From positions 11,235 through 75,234 of the forward strand of contig JACQWM010000053.1 in NCBI GenBank assembly GCA_016209275.1: a stretch of 64,000 nt of DNA, read 5' to 3'. This stretch comes from Candidatus Omnitrophota bacterium. Lineage in GTDB: Bacteria > Omnitrophota > Gorgyraeia > Aquiviventales > Aquiviventaceae. Positions 1 to 9,556 of this stretch are shown here, one piece after another. The notes under the pieces are model-generated. The model had not been told where the DNA came from, did no database searches, and saw nothing but the letters and a program-made list of their open reading frames with translations. The position numbers were made by a program, and so were the translations under genes. Numbering within the stretch: the stretch's first letter is position 1; each line of letters begins with the position of its first letter.

Positions 1-1249
1 TGCTGCGCCGTCCGCCGAAAATGATCGCCGAAATCGGCACGCCCTGGGGATCATTCCAGCGCGGATCCAGCTGGGGGTTGTGCGCCTGCGGCGCGGTGAA
101 CCGGCTGTTCGGGTGCGCGGCTTTCGTCCCTGAAGATGGCGTCCATGGTTTGCCCATCCAGTCGATGCACTGCGGCGGCACCGGGCCATCTTTGCCCTCC
201 CACCACGGGGTCCCGTCAGGCAGCAAGGCGGCGTTCGTAAACAGCGCGTCATGCGACAGGATCTCGACCGCGCTGGGATTGGTCTTCGTGCTCGTTCCCG
301 GGATGACGCCGAAGTAGCCGAACTCAGGATTCACGGCCCGCAGGCGGCCCTGCGCGTCGGCGCGCATCCATGCGATGTCATCGCCGACGGTGGTCACCCG
401 CCATCCCGCCTCGGCGAATCGCCGCGGCGGCCGCAGCATCGCCAAATTGGTTTTGCCGCAGGCACTGGGAAACGCCCCGGTAAAGTACGTGATCTGCCCG
501 TCCGGTGCTTGAAGGCCCGCAATCAGCATGTGCTCCGCCATCCAGCCTTCGCGTTGAGCCAGCGCGCTGCCGATGCGCAGGGCCAAGCATTTTTTTCCGA
601 GCAGCGCGTTGCCGCCGTAGCCGGAGCCATAGCTCCAGATCGTGTTGTCTTGGGGAAAGTGGCAGATGTAGCGGCGGTTCGGATCCAATGCTCCGACGCT
701 GTGGAGGCACTGGGTGAAGGTGGGGCGGTTGCCCAGCTCGCGCAGCGCCACCTCACCCATGCGCGTCATGATGCGCATGCTCAGCGCGACATAGATTGAA
801 TCGGTCAATTGAACGCCGACTTTCGCCAGGGACGATCCGGGGTGGCCCATCAAAAACGGCACCACGTACATCGCGCGCCCCTTCATGCAGCCCTCGAAGC
901 ACTGCCGCAGGGTGCGGTACGCTTCTTCCGGCGCCATCCAGTTGTTGGTCGGGCCGGCCTCATTCTTCGCGGGGGTGCAGATGAACGTGCAGTGCTCGGT
1001 GCGGGCCGTGTCGTTGGGGTGGCTGCGATGCAGGTAACCGCCGGGCAAGACGGTTTGGTTCAGTTCAATGAAGACGCCTCGAGCACAGGCCTCCTTCATC
1101 AGCGCGGCGCGCTCTGCCTCGCTGCCGTTGCACCAGAGGATCGCCTCGGGCTGGCAGAGGGCGGCGCACTCCTGCACCCACTGGTGGAGGGCGGCGTTCG
1201 TTGTTGGCACCTTGATGGCGGTTGGCATCTTCGCAGTCGCGGTACCCAT
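1..1249 (-). CDS. pckG: GTP-dependent phosphoenolpyruvate carboxykinase (N-terminal ~415 aa; C-terminus lies beyond window start)
   Basis: Reverse-complement translation from ATG at 1249 gives [15 protein letters not shown]...[17 protein letters not shown]...[18 protein letters not shown]... (PEPCK-GTP kinase-1a/P-loop motifs). Not in ORF track because the ORF runs off the window edge without a stop; alternative start 1228. Confidence 0.85.
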   Translation of the reverse strand, partial: MGTATAKMPTAIKVPTTNAALHQWVQECAALCQPEAILWCNGSEAERAALMKEACARGVFIELNQTVLPGGYLHRSHPNDTARTEHCTFICTPAKNEAGPTNNWMAPEEAYRTLRQCFEGCMKGRAMYVVPFLMGHPGSSLAKVGVQLTDSIYVALSMRIMTRMGEVALRELGNRPTFTQCLHSVGALDPNRRYICHFPQDNTIWSYGSGYGGNALLGKKCLALRIGSALAQREGWMAEHMLIAGLQAPDGQITYFTGAFPSACGKTNLAMLRPPRRFAEAGWRVTTVGDDIAWMRADAQGRLRAVNPEFGYFGVIPGTSTKTNPSAVEILSHDALFTNAALLPDGTPWWEGKDGPVPPQCIDWMGKPWTPSSGTKAAHPNSRFTAPQAHNPQLDPRWNDPQGVPISAIIFGGRRS

Positions 1250-1443
1250 GGTACGATGCCGGCGGCTGTTCCACAAGTGTTTTGTCCATCGACGGCGACC
1301 CACATATTATTGGAATTTCCCTCGTCGGGATGATCACCGGTGCGCATGAGCTGCTGTTTTTGGTAAAATACGGGGCGATGAGCGCGGGAACGGTTCAAGG
1401 ACGGTCTTATCGCCGTGGGGATCGCGCCGCGCGGCACGGGCTC

Positions 1444-2052
1444 ATGGCGCTACTTCTCGCGGCCTGCGGGGTTGCCGGTGCCGCGCCTTCGGCGCTCGGA
1501 GCGCAGAACCAGCTGCGGCCCGCGAACTTGCCATGGCGGCAGGAGCGCGAGCAGGTGGCGGTGTCGGCGGAGATGCTGGACGCCGAGGCGTGCGAAGAGG
1601 TGTTCGGCGTGAATTTCATCGCGCGGAACATCCAGCCGGTGCTGCTGAAGATCGCGAACGACGGCAACAGCACCTACACGTTTTCCAAAGCCTCGGTCGA
1701 CGCGCAGTATCTGCCGGCTGGCACCGTCGCCAAATACGCCTATCCCAACCTGGTCGTCTCGGGGGCCAAGTGGACCGGCCATCTCGTGACCTTTGTTCCG
1801 CGCACGCTCTTTCGCCGCGGCAAGACCCCGGCGCGCCCGCTGACGCGCGGCGATGTGCGGCATGATTTCTCCGCGGAAGAAATCGCCGACGGGCCCATCG
1901 GCCCGAAGACCAGACGCGAGGGCTTTCTCTTCCTCCACGCACGTCCAGAGGGACTGTCCTTGAAGGTGGCGCTCACGAATGCGCAAACCAACACGCCGCT
2001 GACGTTCGACCTGGGAGCCGGCCCCACGCGGGCCGGAGCTCACGACGAATGA
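1444..2052 (+). CDS. hypothetical secreted/lipoprotein
   Basis: Internal start MALLLAACGVAGAAPSALGA (signal peptide) within ORF 1222..2052; stop overlaps next start (ATGA at 2049). Alternative start 1378. Confidence 0.4.
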   Translation: MALLLAACGVAGAAPSALGAQNQLRPANLPWRQEREQVAVSAEMLDAEACEEVFGVNFIARNIQPVLLKIANDGNSTYTFSKASVDAQYLPAGTVAKYAYPNLVVSGAKWTGHLVTFVPRTLFRRGKTPARPLTRGDVRHDFSAEEIADGPIGPKTRREGFLFLHARPEGLSLKVALTNAQTNTPLTFDLGAGPTRAGAHDE

Positions 2053-2720
2053 CGCCGGAATCGGTCTTGTTGTTGGCGACGGGGCTGGTGCTGGGGATGC
2101 GGCATGCCTTCGATCGCGATCATGTCGCGGCGGTGACGCATTTTATTTCGCTGGAGCCGGATCCCATCAAGAGTGCGTGGTTCGGTTTTCGCTGGGCGCT
2201 GGGCCACGCGGTGACCGTGCTCGCGCTCGGTTCGCTTATCTTGATTCTCCATCTGAAGTTTGATCCCCGGTTTGAGCGCTACGCCGAGCTGGCGGTTGGT
2301 GTGACGTTAATCGCGCTGGGGATTTGGCGGCTGGCGTTGTTGTGGCAGGAGCGGCGGCATACGCATCGCCACGCGCATCGCAACACAGAGCACACGCACC
2401 CCCACTCTCATGAGCCTGGGAGGGCGCATGTCCATCGGTTTGCGCCCACACTCGTCGGGATCGTGCATGGCGCTTCGGGCACGGCGGAAGTGTTCGTGCT
2501 GCTGCCGATTACGCTGATCGCGACGACCTGGCTGGCCTACCTCTATATCGGCCTCTTCAGCCTGGGCTGCGCGACGACGATGAGCGCGTACGGCTATGTC
2601 GTCGGCCGATTCTACCGACGGGCCAACGCCACCGGCCAACGCATCTATCGCGCGCTCGTCATCGCGACCTCCCTCTCAGGATTGCTGCTCGGCCTCATCT
2701 GGATTGTGAAGAATCTCTGA
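2049..2720 (+). CDS. NicO/RcnA-family nickel/cobalt transporter with His-rich loop
   Basis: Polytopic membrane protein; H-x4-DH motif (GMRHAFDRDHVAAV) in TM2 and His-rich loop HTHRHAHRNTEHTHPHSHEPGRAHVH typical of RcnA-like efflux proteins. Confidence 0.6.
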   Translation: MTPESVLLLATGLVLGMRHAFDRDHVAAVTHFISLEPDPIKSAWFGFRWALGHAVTVLALGSLILILHLKFDPRFERYAELAVGVTLIALGIWRLALLWQERRHTHRHAHRNTEHTHPHSHEPGRAHVHRFAPTLVGIVHGASGTAEVFVLLPITLIATTWLAYLYIGLFSLGCATTMSAYGYVVGRFYRRANATGQRIYRALVIATSLSGLLLGLIWIVKNL

Positions 2721-2734
2721 GGTACAATGGGCGA

Positions 2735-3436
2735 GTGCTCATGCCCCCCCCAACATTCCTGAGAAAAGCGCGGTTTGCGCTCGTCTATCCTTTGGTCATC
2801 GGCTTGCTGCTCTTCGCGCGCACGACCGAGGGGTCATGGGCATGGGGCATCGCCATCATTGCGCTGGGGGAAACCCTGCGGGTGTGGGCCAATGGCTATG
2901 TCGGCCATGTCAAAGCTGGTCGAGACATCGCCGCCGATCAGACGATTATTCCGAAGGGGCGGCTGATCACCGCAGGGCCGTATGCGTTTGTCCGTCATCC
3001 GTTGTATCTGGGCACGATGCTGCTGGGGTTGGGATTTTGCGTGATGGTGGGGAATGCGTGGCTGGCCCTCATCGCCCTCGTGTTCTTCCTGACGATGTAT
3101 CGCGGCAAGATGGCTGAGGAGGAAGCGCGCATCAAGGACGCGTATCCTGCGTACGCCGCATATGAGCGGGCCGTGCCGCGATGGATTCCCACGGGCCGGC
3201 GCTACCCGGATCGCGCCGGACGATGGACGTGGCAGGGCATTGCCGCCAGCAACGAATGGAAAACGGTCATTTGGGTGACAGTCCTGGTGATCGCCCTGTA
3301 CTTTCGTGAAGAAGTGTTTGAGGGGCGCGAATGGTTAGCGCGGGGCAAGGCGATTCAGCAGGTGTTGTTACTCGCCCTTGCCGCAGCCCTGATCCTCTAC
3401 GACATCGGATATGAATTGGTGAAACGCAGCAGATGA
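2735..3436 (+). CDS. isoprenylcysteine carboxyl methyltransferase (ICMT/PEMT) family membrane methyltransferase
   Basis: Multi-TM protein with ICMT-family signature GPYAFVRHPLYLG. Confidence 0.6.
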   Translation: MLMPPPTFLRKARFALVYPLVIGLLLFARTTEGSWAWGIAIIALGETLRVWANGYVGHVKAGRDIAADQTIIPKGRLITAGPYAFVRHPLYLGTMLLGLGFCVMVGNAWLALIALVFFLTMYRGKMAEEEARIKDAYPAYAAYERAVPRWIPTGRRYPDRAGRWTWQGIAASNEWKTVIWVTVLVIALYFREEVFEGREWLARGKAIQQVLLLALAAALILYDIGYELVKRSR

Positions 3437-3699
3437 GAGCGCCGCGCCTCACTCGACAACTGCTGTACGGTTTCCTTGGCGCGAGCCTCGTCATGCTGGC
3501 GGTGGGTGCGGCCGTTCCGCATCATCACGATGCCGCCGGTGTATGCAAGATTCACGGACACGTTCCAGCGACTCCGCCGCAGCCGGCGATTGAAACCGCT
3601 TCGCCCGCGCGCATCACGCCGATGGCATCTTCTCCCGCACAATGTCTGCGGGCCGTCGACGTCATCCGCGTCACCCTTCCTCGCGCGCCTCCGCTGTAA
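3433..3699 (+). CDS. small hypothetical membrane protein with His-rich motif
   Basis: ATGA overlap with ICMT stop (translational coupling); one TM (LLYGFLGASLVMLAVGAAV) followed by PHHHDAAGVCKIHGH. Confidence 0.25.
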   Translation: MRAPRLTRQLLYGFLGASLVMLAVGAAVPHHHDAAGVCKIHGHVPATPPQPAIETASPARITPMASSPAQCLRAVDVIRVTLPRAPPL

Positions 3700-3702
3700 C
3701 CC

Positions 3703-3750
3703 CAGGTTCCCGCAGAGTATTTCCGCAGATTCCCGCAGATCACTTGCGGT
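3703..3750. promoter_or_regulatory. three direct repeats of TTCC(C)GCAGA plus partial palindrome CCGCAGATCACTTGCGG upstream of the porin-like/znu operon
   Basis: TTCCCGCAGAgtatTTCCGCAGATTCCCGCAGAtcacttgcgg, 20-65 nt upstream of the RBS/ATG at 3767. Confidence 0.3.
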
Positions 3751-3766
3751 GTTATAGGAGGATCCG

Positions 3767-5050
3767 ATGAAACGATTATCCCTACTCATCATTGCTTGCG
3801 CGGCGTTCACTCCCCTGGCGGCTGCCGCCGAGGATGTGGCCACACTGCGTCAAGACGTGCAGCGGCTGGCCGCAGTAGTCCAAGAACTCTCCGCCACGGT
3901 GCAGGCCCAACAACGGCGCCTCACGCTCTTGGAAGGCGAGGCGGGCGGCCAAACCCCACAGCTTCCCATCGTGCCATTGCCGCCTGGCGTGATACCATCC
4001 GGTGGTGGGGCAAACCTCTCTGCCCTCAATCCGGAGATTGGGGTTGTCGCCGATATCGCCGGCCAGCTCTCCGAAAGTTCGGCCGATGGCGAGGGGAATG
4101 ACAAGTTGAGTGTGCGCGAGATTGAACTCATCTTTGGCCATCCCATCGATCCCTACTCGCGATTCGATGTGAATGTGACCTTCTCAGATTTCGAAGAAGC
4201 CGGGCTGGAAGAAGCGTACATCACCCACTGGGGGCTGCCGGGAGAGCTCGTTGCGCGCTTGGGACGTTTTCGGCAGCGAGTCGGCAAAGCGAGCGGGACC
4301 CATACAGAGTTGCTTGACACCGTTGATACACCTCTTGTGGTGACGAAGTATCTGGGTGCTGAGGGGTTGTTTCGAACTGGGGCAGAGATCACCGGGTTTC
4401 TGCCAGCGCCGTGGGATGCGGTGACGCATGAGGTGACCGCTGGCATCATGGAAGGCGGTGTCGGCGAAGGCGGAACGCTCTTCGGCGAGACTCGACGACG
4501 GCCATCGTACTACGCGCACCTGAAGAACTTCTGGGATGTCTCCGACTCGACGAACCTCGAAGTCGGAAGCACGTATCTGTTGGGTTCAAAAGACGCCGAT
4601 CGCCGCTACGAGGTCCATGCCTTTGGTGTGGATACCACGTTCATTCACTATGTCACGCCGACCAATAAGCTGAAATGGCAGAATGAGATGTACTTCCAGA
4701 GCCGGAAAGAATCCCTGTTGGTCGAAACAGCCGAGGGTACCGGCGAAGAGATCAGCGCGAAGCTGAACAAGCATCCCTGGGGATTCTATTCGCTGCTTGA
4801 TTACCGGCTCTCGCCTCGGTTCGGCCTCGGCGGACGGTTCGACTACGTCGAGCCGGTTGATCTGGATCCTAGGATCCGGGCGCGGGATGCGGACACCGCG
4901 TGGTCCGGTTACGCGACGTTCTATCAAAGCGAGTTTGCGCGCTGGCGGCTGCAGTTTAAGCACACGAACTTCGCGGCCGGCGGGGATGACAACAGCATCT
5001 TCGCGCAATGCACCGTGGCCATTGGGGTGCATAAGCATCAATTGCAATAA
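3767..5050 (+). CDS. secreted protein, putative outer-membrane porin (N-terminal coiled-coil + beta-rich domain, DcaP-like architecture)
   Basis: Signal peptide MKRLSLLIIACAAFTPLAAAA; coiled-coil LRQDVQRLAAVVQELSATVQAQQRRLTLLE; strong RBS TAGGAGG upstream; sits immediately upstream of metal ABC uptake genes. Confidence 0.45.
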   Translation: MKRLSLLIIACAAFTPLAAAAEDVATLRQDVQRLAAVVQELSATVQAQQRRLTLLEGEAGGQTPQLPIVPLPPGVIPSGGGANLSALNPEIGVVADIAGQLSESSADGEGNDKLSVREIELIFGHPIDPYSRFDVNVTFSDFEEAGLEEAYITHWGLPGELVARLGRFRQRVGKASGTHTELLDTVDTPLVVTKYLGAEGLFRTGAEITGFLPAPWDAVTHEVTAGIMEGGVGEGGTLFGETRRRPSYYAHLKNFWDVSDSTNLEVGSTYLLGSKDADRRYEVHAFGVDTTFIHYVTPTNKLKWQNEMYFQSRKESLLVETAEGTGEEISAKLNKHPWGFYSLLDYRLSPRFGLGGRFDYVEPVDLDPRIRARDADTAWSGYATFYQSEFARWRLQFKHTNFAAGGDDNSIFAQCTVAIGVHKHQLQ

Positions 5051-5100
5051 CAAGTGGCCAAGTGACCGAGTGGCTACGTGGCCAAGAAGAGGAGATCACG

Positions 5101-6024
5101 ATGAGATTTTTCAGGTGCGCGGCCGTAGTGCTGGGACTCTTGCTCATCGGACAGAGTTGGCCAAGTGAGGCGGCGCAGAAGCTGAAAGTCGTGGCGACGA
5201 TGTCGACGTTCGCGGATCTCGCCAAGACGATCGGCGGCGAACATGTGGACGTGTCGTATATTGCCTCACCGAAATTCAACCCGCACTTCATTGAGCCCAA
5301 GCCCAGTGACGTGGTCAAAGTGAAGCGGGCGGATCTGCTGATCCATGCGGGTCTCGATTTGGAGTTGTGGCGCGGGCCGCTCTTGGATGCGGCTGGCAAT
5401 CGGCGCGTGATGTCAGGCGGAGAGGGCGAATTAGATCTCTCGCGCGGGATCGCGCTGCTTGACGTGCCGGCTGCCGGGGCCACGCGCGCGCAAGGCGACA
5501 TCCATCTCTACGGCAATCCGCACTATTGGGTCGACCCCCAGAACGGGAAAATCATCGCGCGGGAAATTGCGGAAAAACTCAGCGCGATAGATTCGTCTCA
5601 TGCCAACGATTACGAACAGCGCCTGCAAGAGTTGGTGTCGCGCCTCGATCAATCCATCCAGCAATGGCAACAGCGGTTAACCCCGTTTCACGGCCAGGCG
5701 TTGGTGGGCTATCACAACGAATGGCCGTACCTGATGCGGTTTGCCGGCTTGCGGATGGAGCAATTCCTTGAGCCGAAACCCGGGATTCCTCCCACGCCGC
5801 GGCAACTGGAGTTTCTGCGGCAGGAGATGGTGAGCCATCAGGTCCGCGGCATCGTGCAGTCGTCGTACTTTCCGAGGGAAGCGGCCGCATCGTTGGCGAA
5901 ACGCACCGGGGCCACAGTGATCCTGCTGTGCCAAAATGTCGGCGAAGTCTCCCAGGCCTCAGACTATATCGCCATGCTGGAGTATAATGTGAATCAACTG
6001 GTGAGGGCACTGCAGACGAAGTGA
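5101..6024 (+). CDS. metal (Zn/Mn) ABC transporter periplasmic substrate-binding protein, ZnuA/TroA-like (cluster 9)
   Basis: Signal peptide MRFFRCAAVVLGLLLIG; TroA-like fold motifs (KVVATMSTFADLAKTIGGEHVDV, HLYGNPHYW, GYHNEWPYL); followed by ABC-3 permease. Confidence 0.75.
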   Translation: MRFFRCAAVVLGLLLIGQSWPSEAAQKLKVVATMSTFADLAKTIGGEHVDVSYIASPKFNPHFIEPKPSDVVKVKRADLLIHAGLDLELWRGPLLDAAGNRRVMSGGEGELDLSRGIALLDVPAAGATRAQGDIHLYGNPHYWVDPQNGKIIAREIAEKLSAIDSSHANDYEQRLQELVSRLDQSIQQWQQRLTPFHGQALVGYHNEWPYLMRFAGLRMEQFLEPKPGIPPTPRQLEFLRQEMVSHQVRGIVQSSYFPREAAASLAKRTGATVILLCQNVGEVSQASDYIAMLEYNVNQLVRALQTK

Positions 6025-6028
6025 GTAA

Positions 6029-6859
6029 GTGAGTAAGGGAATGATAGATTTTCTCTCGCTGATGGTTCGGCCGTTTGCGGCCTGTCTGATTCTGACCGGG
6101 ATCCACGCGTATCTGGGGCTGCATGTCATTGAGCGAGAGGTGATTTTCGTCGATCTGGCCCTGGCACAGATCGCTGCCTTTGGCGCAACCCTGGGTTTCC
6201 TGTGGGGATTTGGGTTGCACTCCTTTGAAGGATATCTCATCGCCCTGGCGTTTACGCTCATTGGAGCGGCGCTCTTCGCCGCCACCCGATTGCGCAAGCC
6301 GGTGGTGCCGCAAGAAGCGCTCATCGGTGTCGTGTATGCGGTGGCCGCGGCGGCGGCGATTTTGGTCCTAAGCCGCGCTCCAGAGGGCGGAGAGGAGCTC
6401 AAGGCCTTGATGGTCGGCCACCTCTTGTTCGTTGATTGGCCGGAGATCGCCAAGCTCTTCGTGCTGTATAGCCTCATCGGGATCATCCATTGGCGTGTGC
6501 GCCAGCCGTTGCTGGCGATTTCGCAGGATCCGGAGCGCGCGTTTGCCCAGGGGCTGCGGGTGCGCTGGTGGGATTTTTTATTTTACGCGACGTTCGGATT
6601 TGTGGTGACGAGCTCGGTGGAAATCGCCGGTGTGCTGCTGGTGTTTTCGTTCCTCATCGTGCCGGCCTTGTGCGGCGTGTTGCTCGCTCAGACGATTCCC
6701 CAGCGGCTGCTGGTGGGATGGGTGGCTGGGGTCGTCACCACGATGGGAGGGATCAGCGCCTCGTACGTGTGGGATCTGCCGACGGGTGCCACGGTGGTGT
6801 GCGCCTTCGGGGCCTGTCTGGGGATGTGCGCGATGTTATGGAGGATGCGAGAGGCATGA
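6029..6859 (+). CDS. metal ABC transporter permease (ABC-3/ZnuB-like)
   Basis: 8-TM ABC-3 family permease similarity; adjacent to ZnuA-like SBP. No ATPase gene adjacent. Confidence 0.75.
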   Translation: MSKGMIDFLSLMVRPFAACLILTGIHAYLGLHVIEREVIFVDLALAQIAAFGATLGFLWGFGLHSFEGYLIALAFTLIGAALFAATRLRKPVVPQEALIGVVYAVAAAAAILVLSRAPEGGEELKALMVGHLLFVDWPEIAKLFVLYSLIGIIHWRVRQPLLAISQDPERAFAQGLRVRWWDFLFYATFGFVVTSSVEIAGVLLVFSFLIVPALCGVLLAQTIPQRLLVGWVAGVVTTMGGISASYVWDLPTGATVVCAFGACLGMCAMLWRMREA

Positions 6860-7422
6860 GCAGGACGCGGAGCGCGGGTCTGGTCGCGGGGCTCTTGGGT
6901 GGAGTGTGCGCGATGACCGGCCGAGCCGTCATCGCTAGCGCAGAGGAGGCAGCGATGCCACTGACACTGACAAGCGAGGCGTTTGCGGAGGGGGCTCCGA
7001 TTCCGTCCGCCTGCACCTGCGATGGGAAGAATGCGTCGCCGGCGCTCGCCTGGACCGAACCGCCGCCAGGCACGAGAAGTTTTGCGTTGATCGCCGATGA
7101 TCCGGATGCGCCGGGCAACACCTGGGTCCACTGGGTGGTGTACAACATCCCGATCGCGGCGCGGGAGCTGCCGGACGGGCTGCAGAAAACCGCGGAACGC
7201 CCCGACGGCACGCGGCAAGGGCTGAACGATTTTGGGAAGGTCGGCTATGGCGGCCCATGCCCTCCCAGCGGCACGCACCGCTACTACTTCAAGCTGTACG
7301 CGCTCGATACCGAGCTGAACTTCACGACCACCGTCACGAAGGCGAAACTCGAGCAGGCCATGCGCGGGCATATCCTGGGCCAGGCGCAACTGATGGGGAC
7401 CTATCAGCGCCAAGCGCAATGA
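6856..7422 (+). CDS. YbhB/YbcL-family PEBP (Raf kinase inhibitor-like) protein, secreted
   Basis: ATGA overlap with permease stop; signal peptide; PEBP signature ADDPDAPGNTWVHWVVYNIP and GYGGPCPPSGTHRYYFKLYALD. Confidence 0.7.
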   Translation: MSRTRSAGLVAGLLGGVCAMTGRAVIASAEEAAMPLTLTSEAFAEGAPIPSACTCDGKNASPALAWTEPPPGTRSFALIADDPDAPGNTWVHWVVYNIPIAARELPDGLQKTAERPDGTRQGLNDFGKVGYGGPCPPSGTHRYYFKLYALDTELNFTTTVTKAKLEQAMRGHILGQAQLMGTYQRQAQ

Positions 7423-8069
7423 CCGTCCGCATCCGCCGGTATGAGCCGCGCGACCGCGAGGCGATCCGGCAGCTGGCCTGTGATACCGCGGATCGGGGCG
7501 CGCCCGTCGAACGGTTTTTTCCGGACCGCGGAGTGATTGCCGACCTCTTGACGGCGTACTACACCGACTATGAGCCTGACGCGACGTGGGTGGCAGACAC
7601 CGATGGGGTGGTGATTGGCTATGTGACCGGGTGCGTGGATACGCGCCGCTGCCAGCGCATCAGCGCATGCCGCATCATCCCCGGCAGCATCTGGCGGGGG
7701 GTTCAGCGAGGCGCGCTGAGTCGCCGCGAGACATGGCAGATTCTCCGCATGGGATGGCGCACGTTCTGGCGAGGCGGCTACAACCGCACGGTATCTCTCG
7801 CGGAGTATCCCGCGCATCTGCATCTGAATATCCGCGAAGGGTTCCGGGGGCAGGGCATCGCGTCCCAGCTCATGGCGCGGTTTCTCGAGCAGGCTCGTCA
7901 AGCGCGTCGGCGCGGCGTGCATGCGTCAGTGCGCGGCGACAATGCGCCGGCCTGCCGGTTTTTCGAGCGCATGGGATTTTCCGCGATCGGCCGCTATCCG
8001 CTGGTGTTGCCTGAAGATCCCGATGATCGGCCGCATGAGACGGTCATCTATGGCAAGTCCCTCAGCTAG
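7419..8069 (+). CDS. GNAT family N-acetyltransferase
   Basis: ATGA overlap with PEBP stop; acetyltransferase fold motifs (RGQGIASQLMARFLEQAR, FFERMGF). Confidence 0.6.
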   Translation: MTVRIRRYEPRDREAIRQLACDTADRGAPVERFFPDRGVIADLLTAYYTDYEPDATWVADTDGVVIGYVTGCVDTRRCQRISACRIIPGSIWRGVQRGALSRRETWQILRMGWRTFWRGGYNRTVSLAEYPAHLHLNIREGFRGQGIASQLMARFLEQARQARRRGVHASVRGDNAPACRFFERMGFSAIGRYPLVLPEDPDDRPHETVIYGKSLS

Positions 8070-9471
8070 TAGACGATTGATATCAGATATCGCGGCTCGA
8101 CCGCGATATCTGGTATCGCTTGTCTTTATCGTCATCCTTCAGGGATGCCGACCGCCTCAAGGTGTTGATGAGCGCCAATGGCCGCAGGTTGTGCTCGAGC
8201 CTACTGATCGGATTCTGATCCTTGCCCCCCACCCCGATGATGAGGTGATTGGTTGCGGCGGCATCATTCAGGAGGCCGTCGCCAAGCACCTGCCGCTGCG
8301 CATCGTGTTTCTGACTTATGGCGATAACAATCAGTGGTCCTTTCTCCTCTATCGATGGCACCCGGTCATCCTGCCCAAGGCGATTCGCAAGATGGGCCTG
8401 GTGCGGTATCACGAAGCGTTGGCAGCGAGCGTTGTGCTCGGAGTGCCCACAGAGCAATTAACCTTTCTCGGGTATCCGGATTTCGGCACGCTGCAGATCT
8501 GGACCTCGCACTGGGGCGACCGGAATCCCTTCCGCAGCTTGCTGACGCGGGTCACGGCGGTTCCCTACGACAACGCCCTGCGGTTCGGAGCGCCCTATAA
8601 AGGCGAAGAGGTCCTGCGGGATCTGACCACGGTCATCCGCGAATTCCGTCCCACGAAAATCTTCGTGTCCCATCCGGCGGACCACATGCCGGATCATCGA
8701 GCGCTCTATCTGTTTACTCGCGTTGCCCTGTGGGATGTGGAGAAGGAGATGCGCCCAACGCTGTATCCGTATCTTGTGCATTTCGTGCGCTGGCCAACGC
8801 CGCGCGGCTATCAACCCGCCGATTGGCTTGTTCCTCCATCGACGTTATTGTCGCAATGGCCATGGATCGTCCATTGGCTGACCCCGTCACAAGTCCAACG
8901 GAACTATCAAGCCATCAAAGCGCATCGGAGCCAATATCGGTATAGCGCGGCGTACCTGCTGTCCTTCATTCGGCCGAACGAGTTATTCGGTGACGCTCCG
9001 CCGATTACGTTTTCGTCAACGGCGTCCACGGCCTTAGAGCGCAAAGGGTTGATCAACCAGGCTCCGGAAGAGCTCACCGAGGAGGAACGAGCCACGTTCA
9101 TTGGCGTTGAAGTTCGCTCGGTGCAATTGGAGGACCGCGAACTCATCTATTCTATTGAGTGTTCCCGGCCGCTTGCCAAAGCCGTCGAGGCCTCGGTCTA
9201 TCTGTTCGGGTATCGCGCCGACCGGCCATTTGCGCAGATGCCGAAGTTGCATGTGAAAATCGGCGCCCTCTCCCACGAGGTGTTTGACCAAGATCGTTTG
9301 TTGCCGAATAAGGCGGTGACGCTGAGCCGCGGCCTGCGCCAGATCACCCTGCGCGTTTCGCTTGAGACTTTGGGCGAACCTCAGCGGATCTTGACCAGCG
9401 CGCGGACGTATCTGGGTGAGCTGCCGCTGGACTGGGTTTCCTGGCGCGTGCTTGAACTTCCTTCGCCGTAA
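8050..9471 (+). CDS. PIG-L/LmbE-family N-acetylglucosaminyl deacetylase lipoprotein with ~250-aa C-terminal extension
   Basis: Lipobox VILQGC; classic LmbE motif ILILAPHPDDEVIGCGG and HPADHMPDH. Start is ambiguous: ATG 8050 overlaps the GNAT gene, or TTG 8077 lies inside a palindromic repeat. Confidence 0.6.
   Translation: MASPSASRRLISDIAARPRYLVSLVFIVILQGCRPPQGVDERQWPQVVLEPTDRILILAPHPDDEVIGCGGIIQEAVAKHLPLRIVFLTYGDNNQWSFLLYRWHPVILPKAIRKMGLVRYHEALAASVVLGVPTEQLTFLGYPDFGTLQIWTSHWGDRNPFRSLLTRVTAVPYDNALRFGAPYKGEEVLRDLTTVIREFRPTKIFVSHPADHMPDHRALYLFTRVALWDVEKEMRPTLYPYLVHFVRWPTPRGYQPADWLVPPSTLLSQWPWIVHWLTPSQVQRNYQAIKAHRSQYRYSAAYLLSFIRPNELFGDAPPITFSSTASTALERKGLINQAPEELTEEERATFIGVEVRSVQLEDRELIYSIECSRPLAKAVEASVYLFGYRADRPFAQMPKLHVKIGALSHEVFDQDRLLPNKAVTLSRGLRQITLRVSLETLGEPQRILTSARTYLGELPLDWVSWRVLELPSP
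8075..8119. repeat. GATATC-unit palindromic element (locus A)
   Basis: GATATCAGATATCGCGG-ctcga-CCGCGATATCTGgTATC: a 17-bp inverted repeat with 5-nt loop and one mismatch. Confidence 0.8.
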
Positions 9472-9556
9472 CTGCGGCTCATGACCCACGACGCATGACA
9501 CAGGACACATGACCACAGCAGGGCCATCGGCTCGAAGCCGTCGTGAGTCATGGGTC

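Noticed and set aside
21-1337. Plus-strand ORFs 21-317, 251-799, 809-1333 and 1068-1349 at the window start.
   Set aside because: They lie antisense to the clearly recognisable pckG (PEPCK-GTP motifs) on the minus strand, which the track omitted only because it runs off the edge.
3700-3766. Classical Zur/Fur box upstream of the metal-uptake operon.
   Set aside because: No AT-rich 7-1-7 or 9-1-9 palindrome resembling known Zur/Fur boxes was found, only the TTCCCGCAGA direct repeats.
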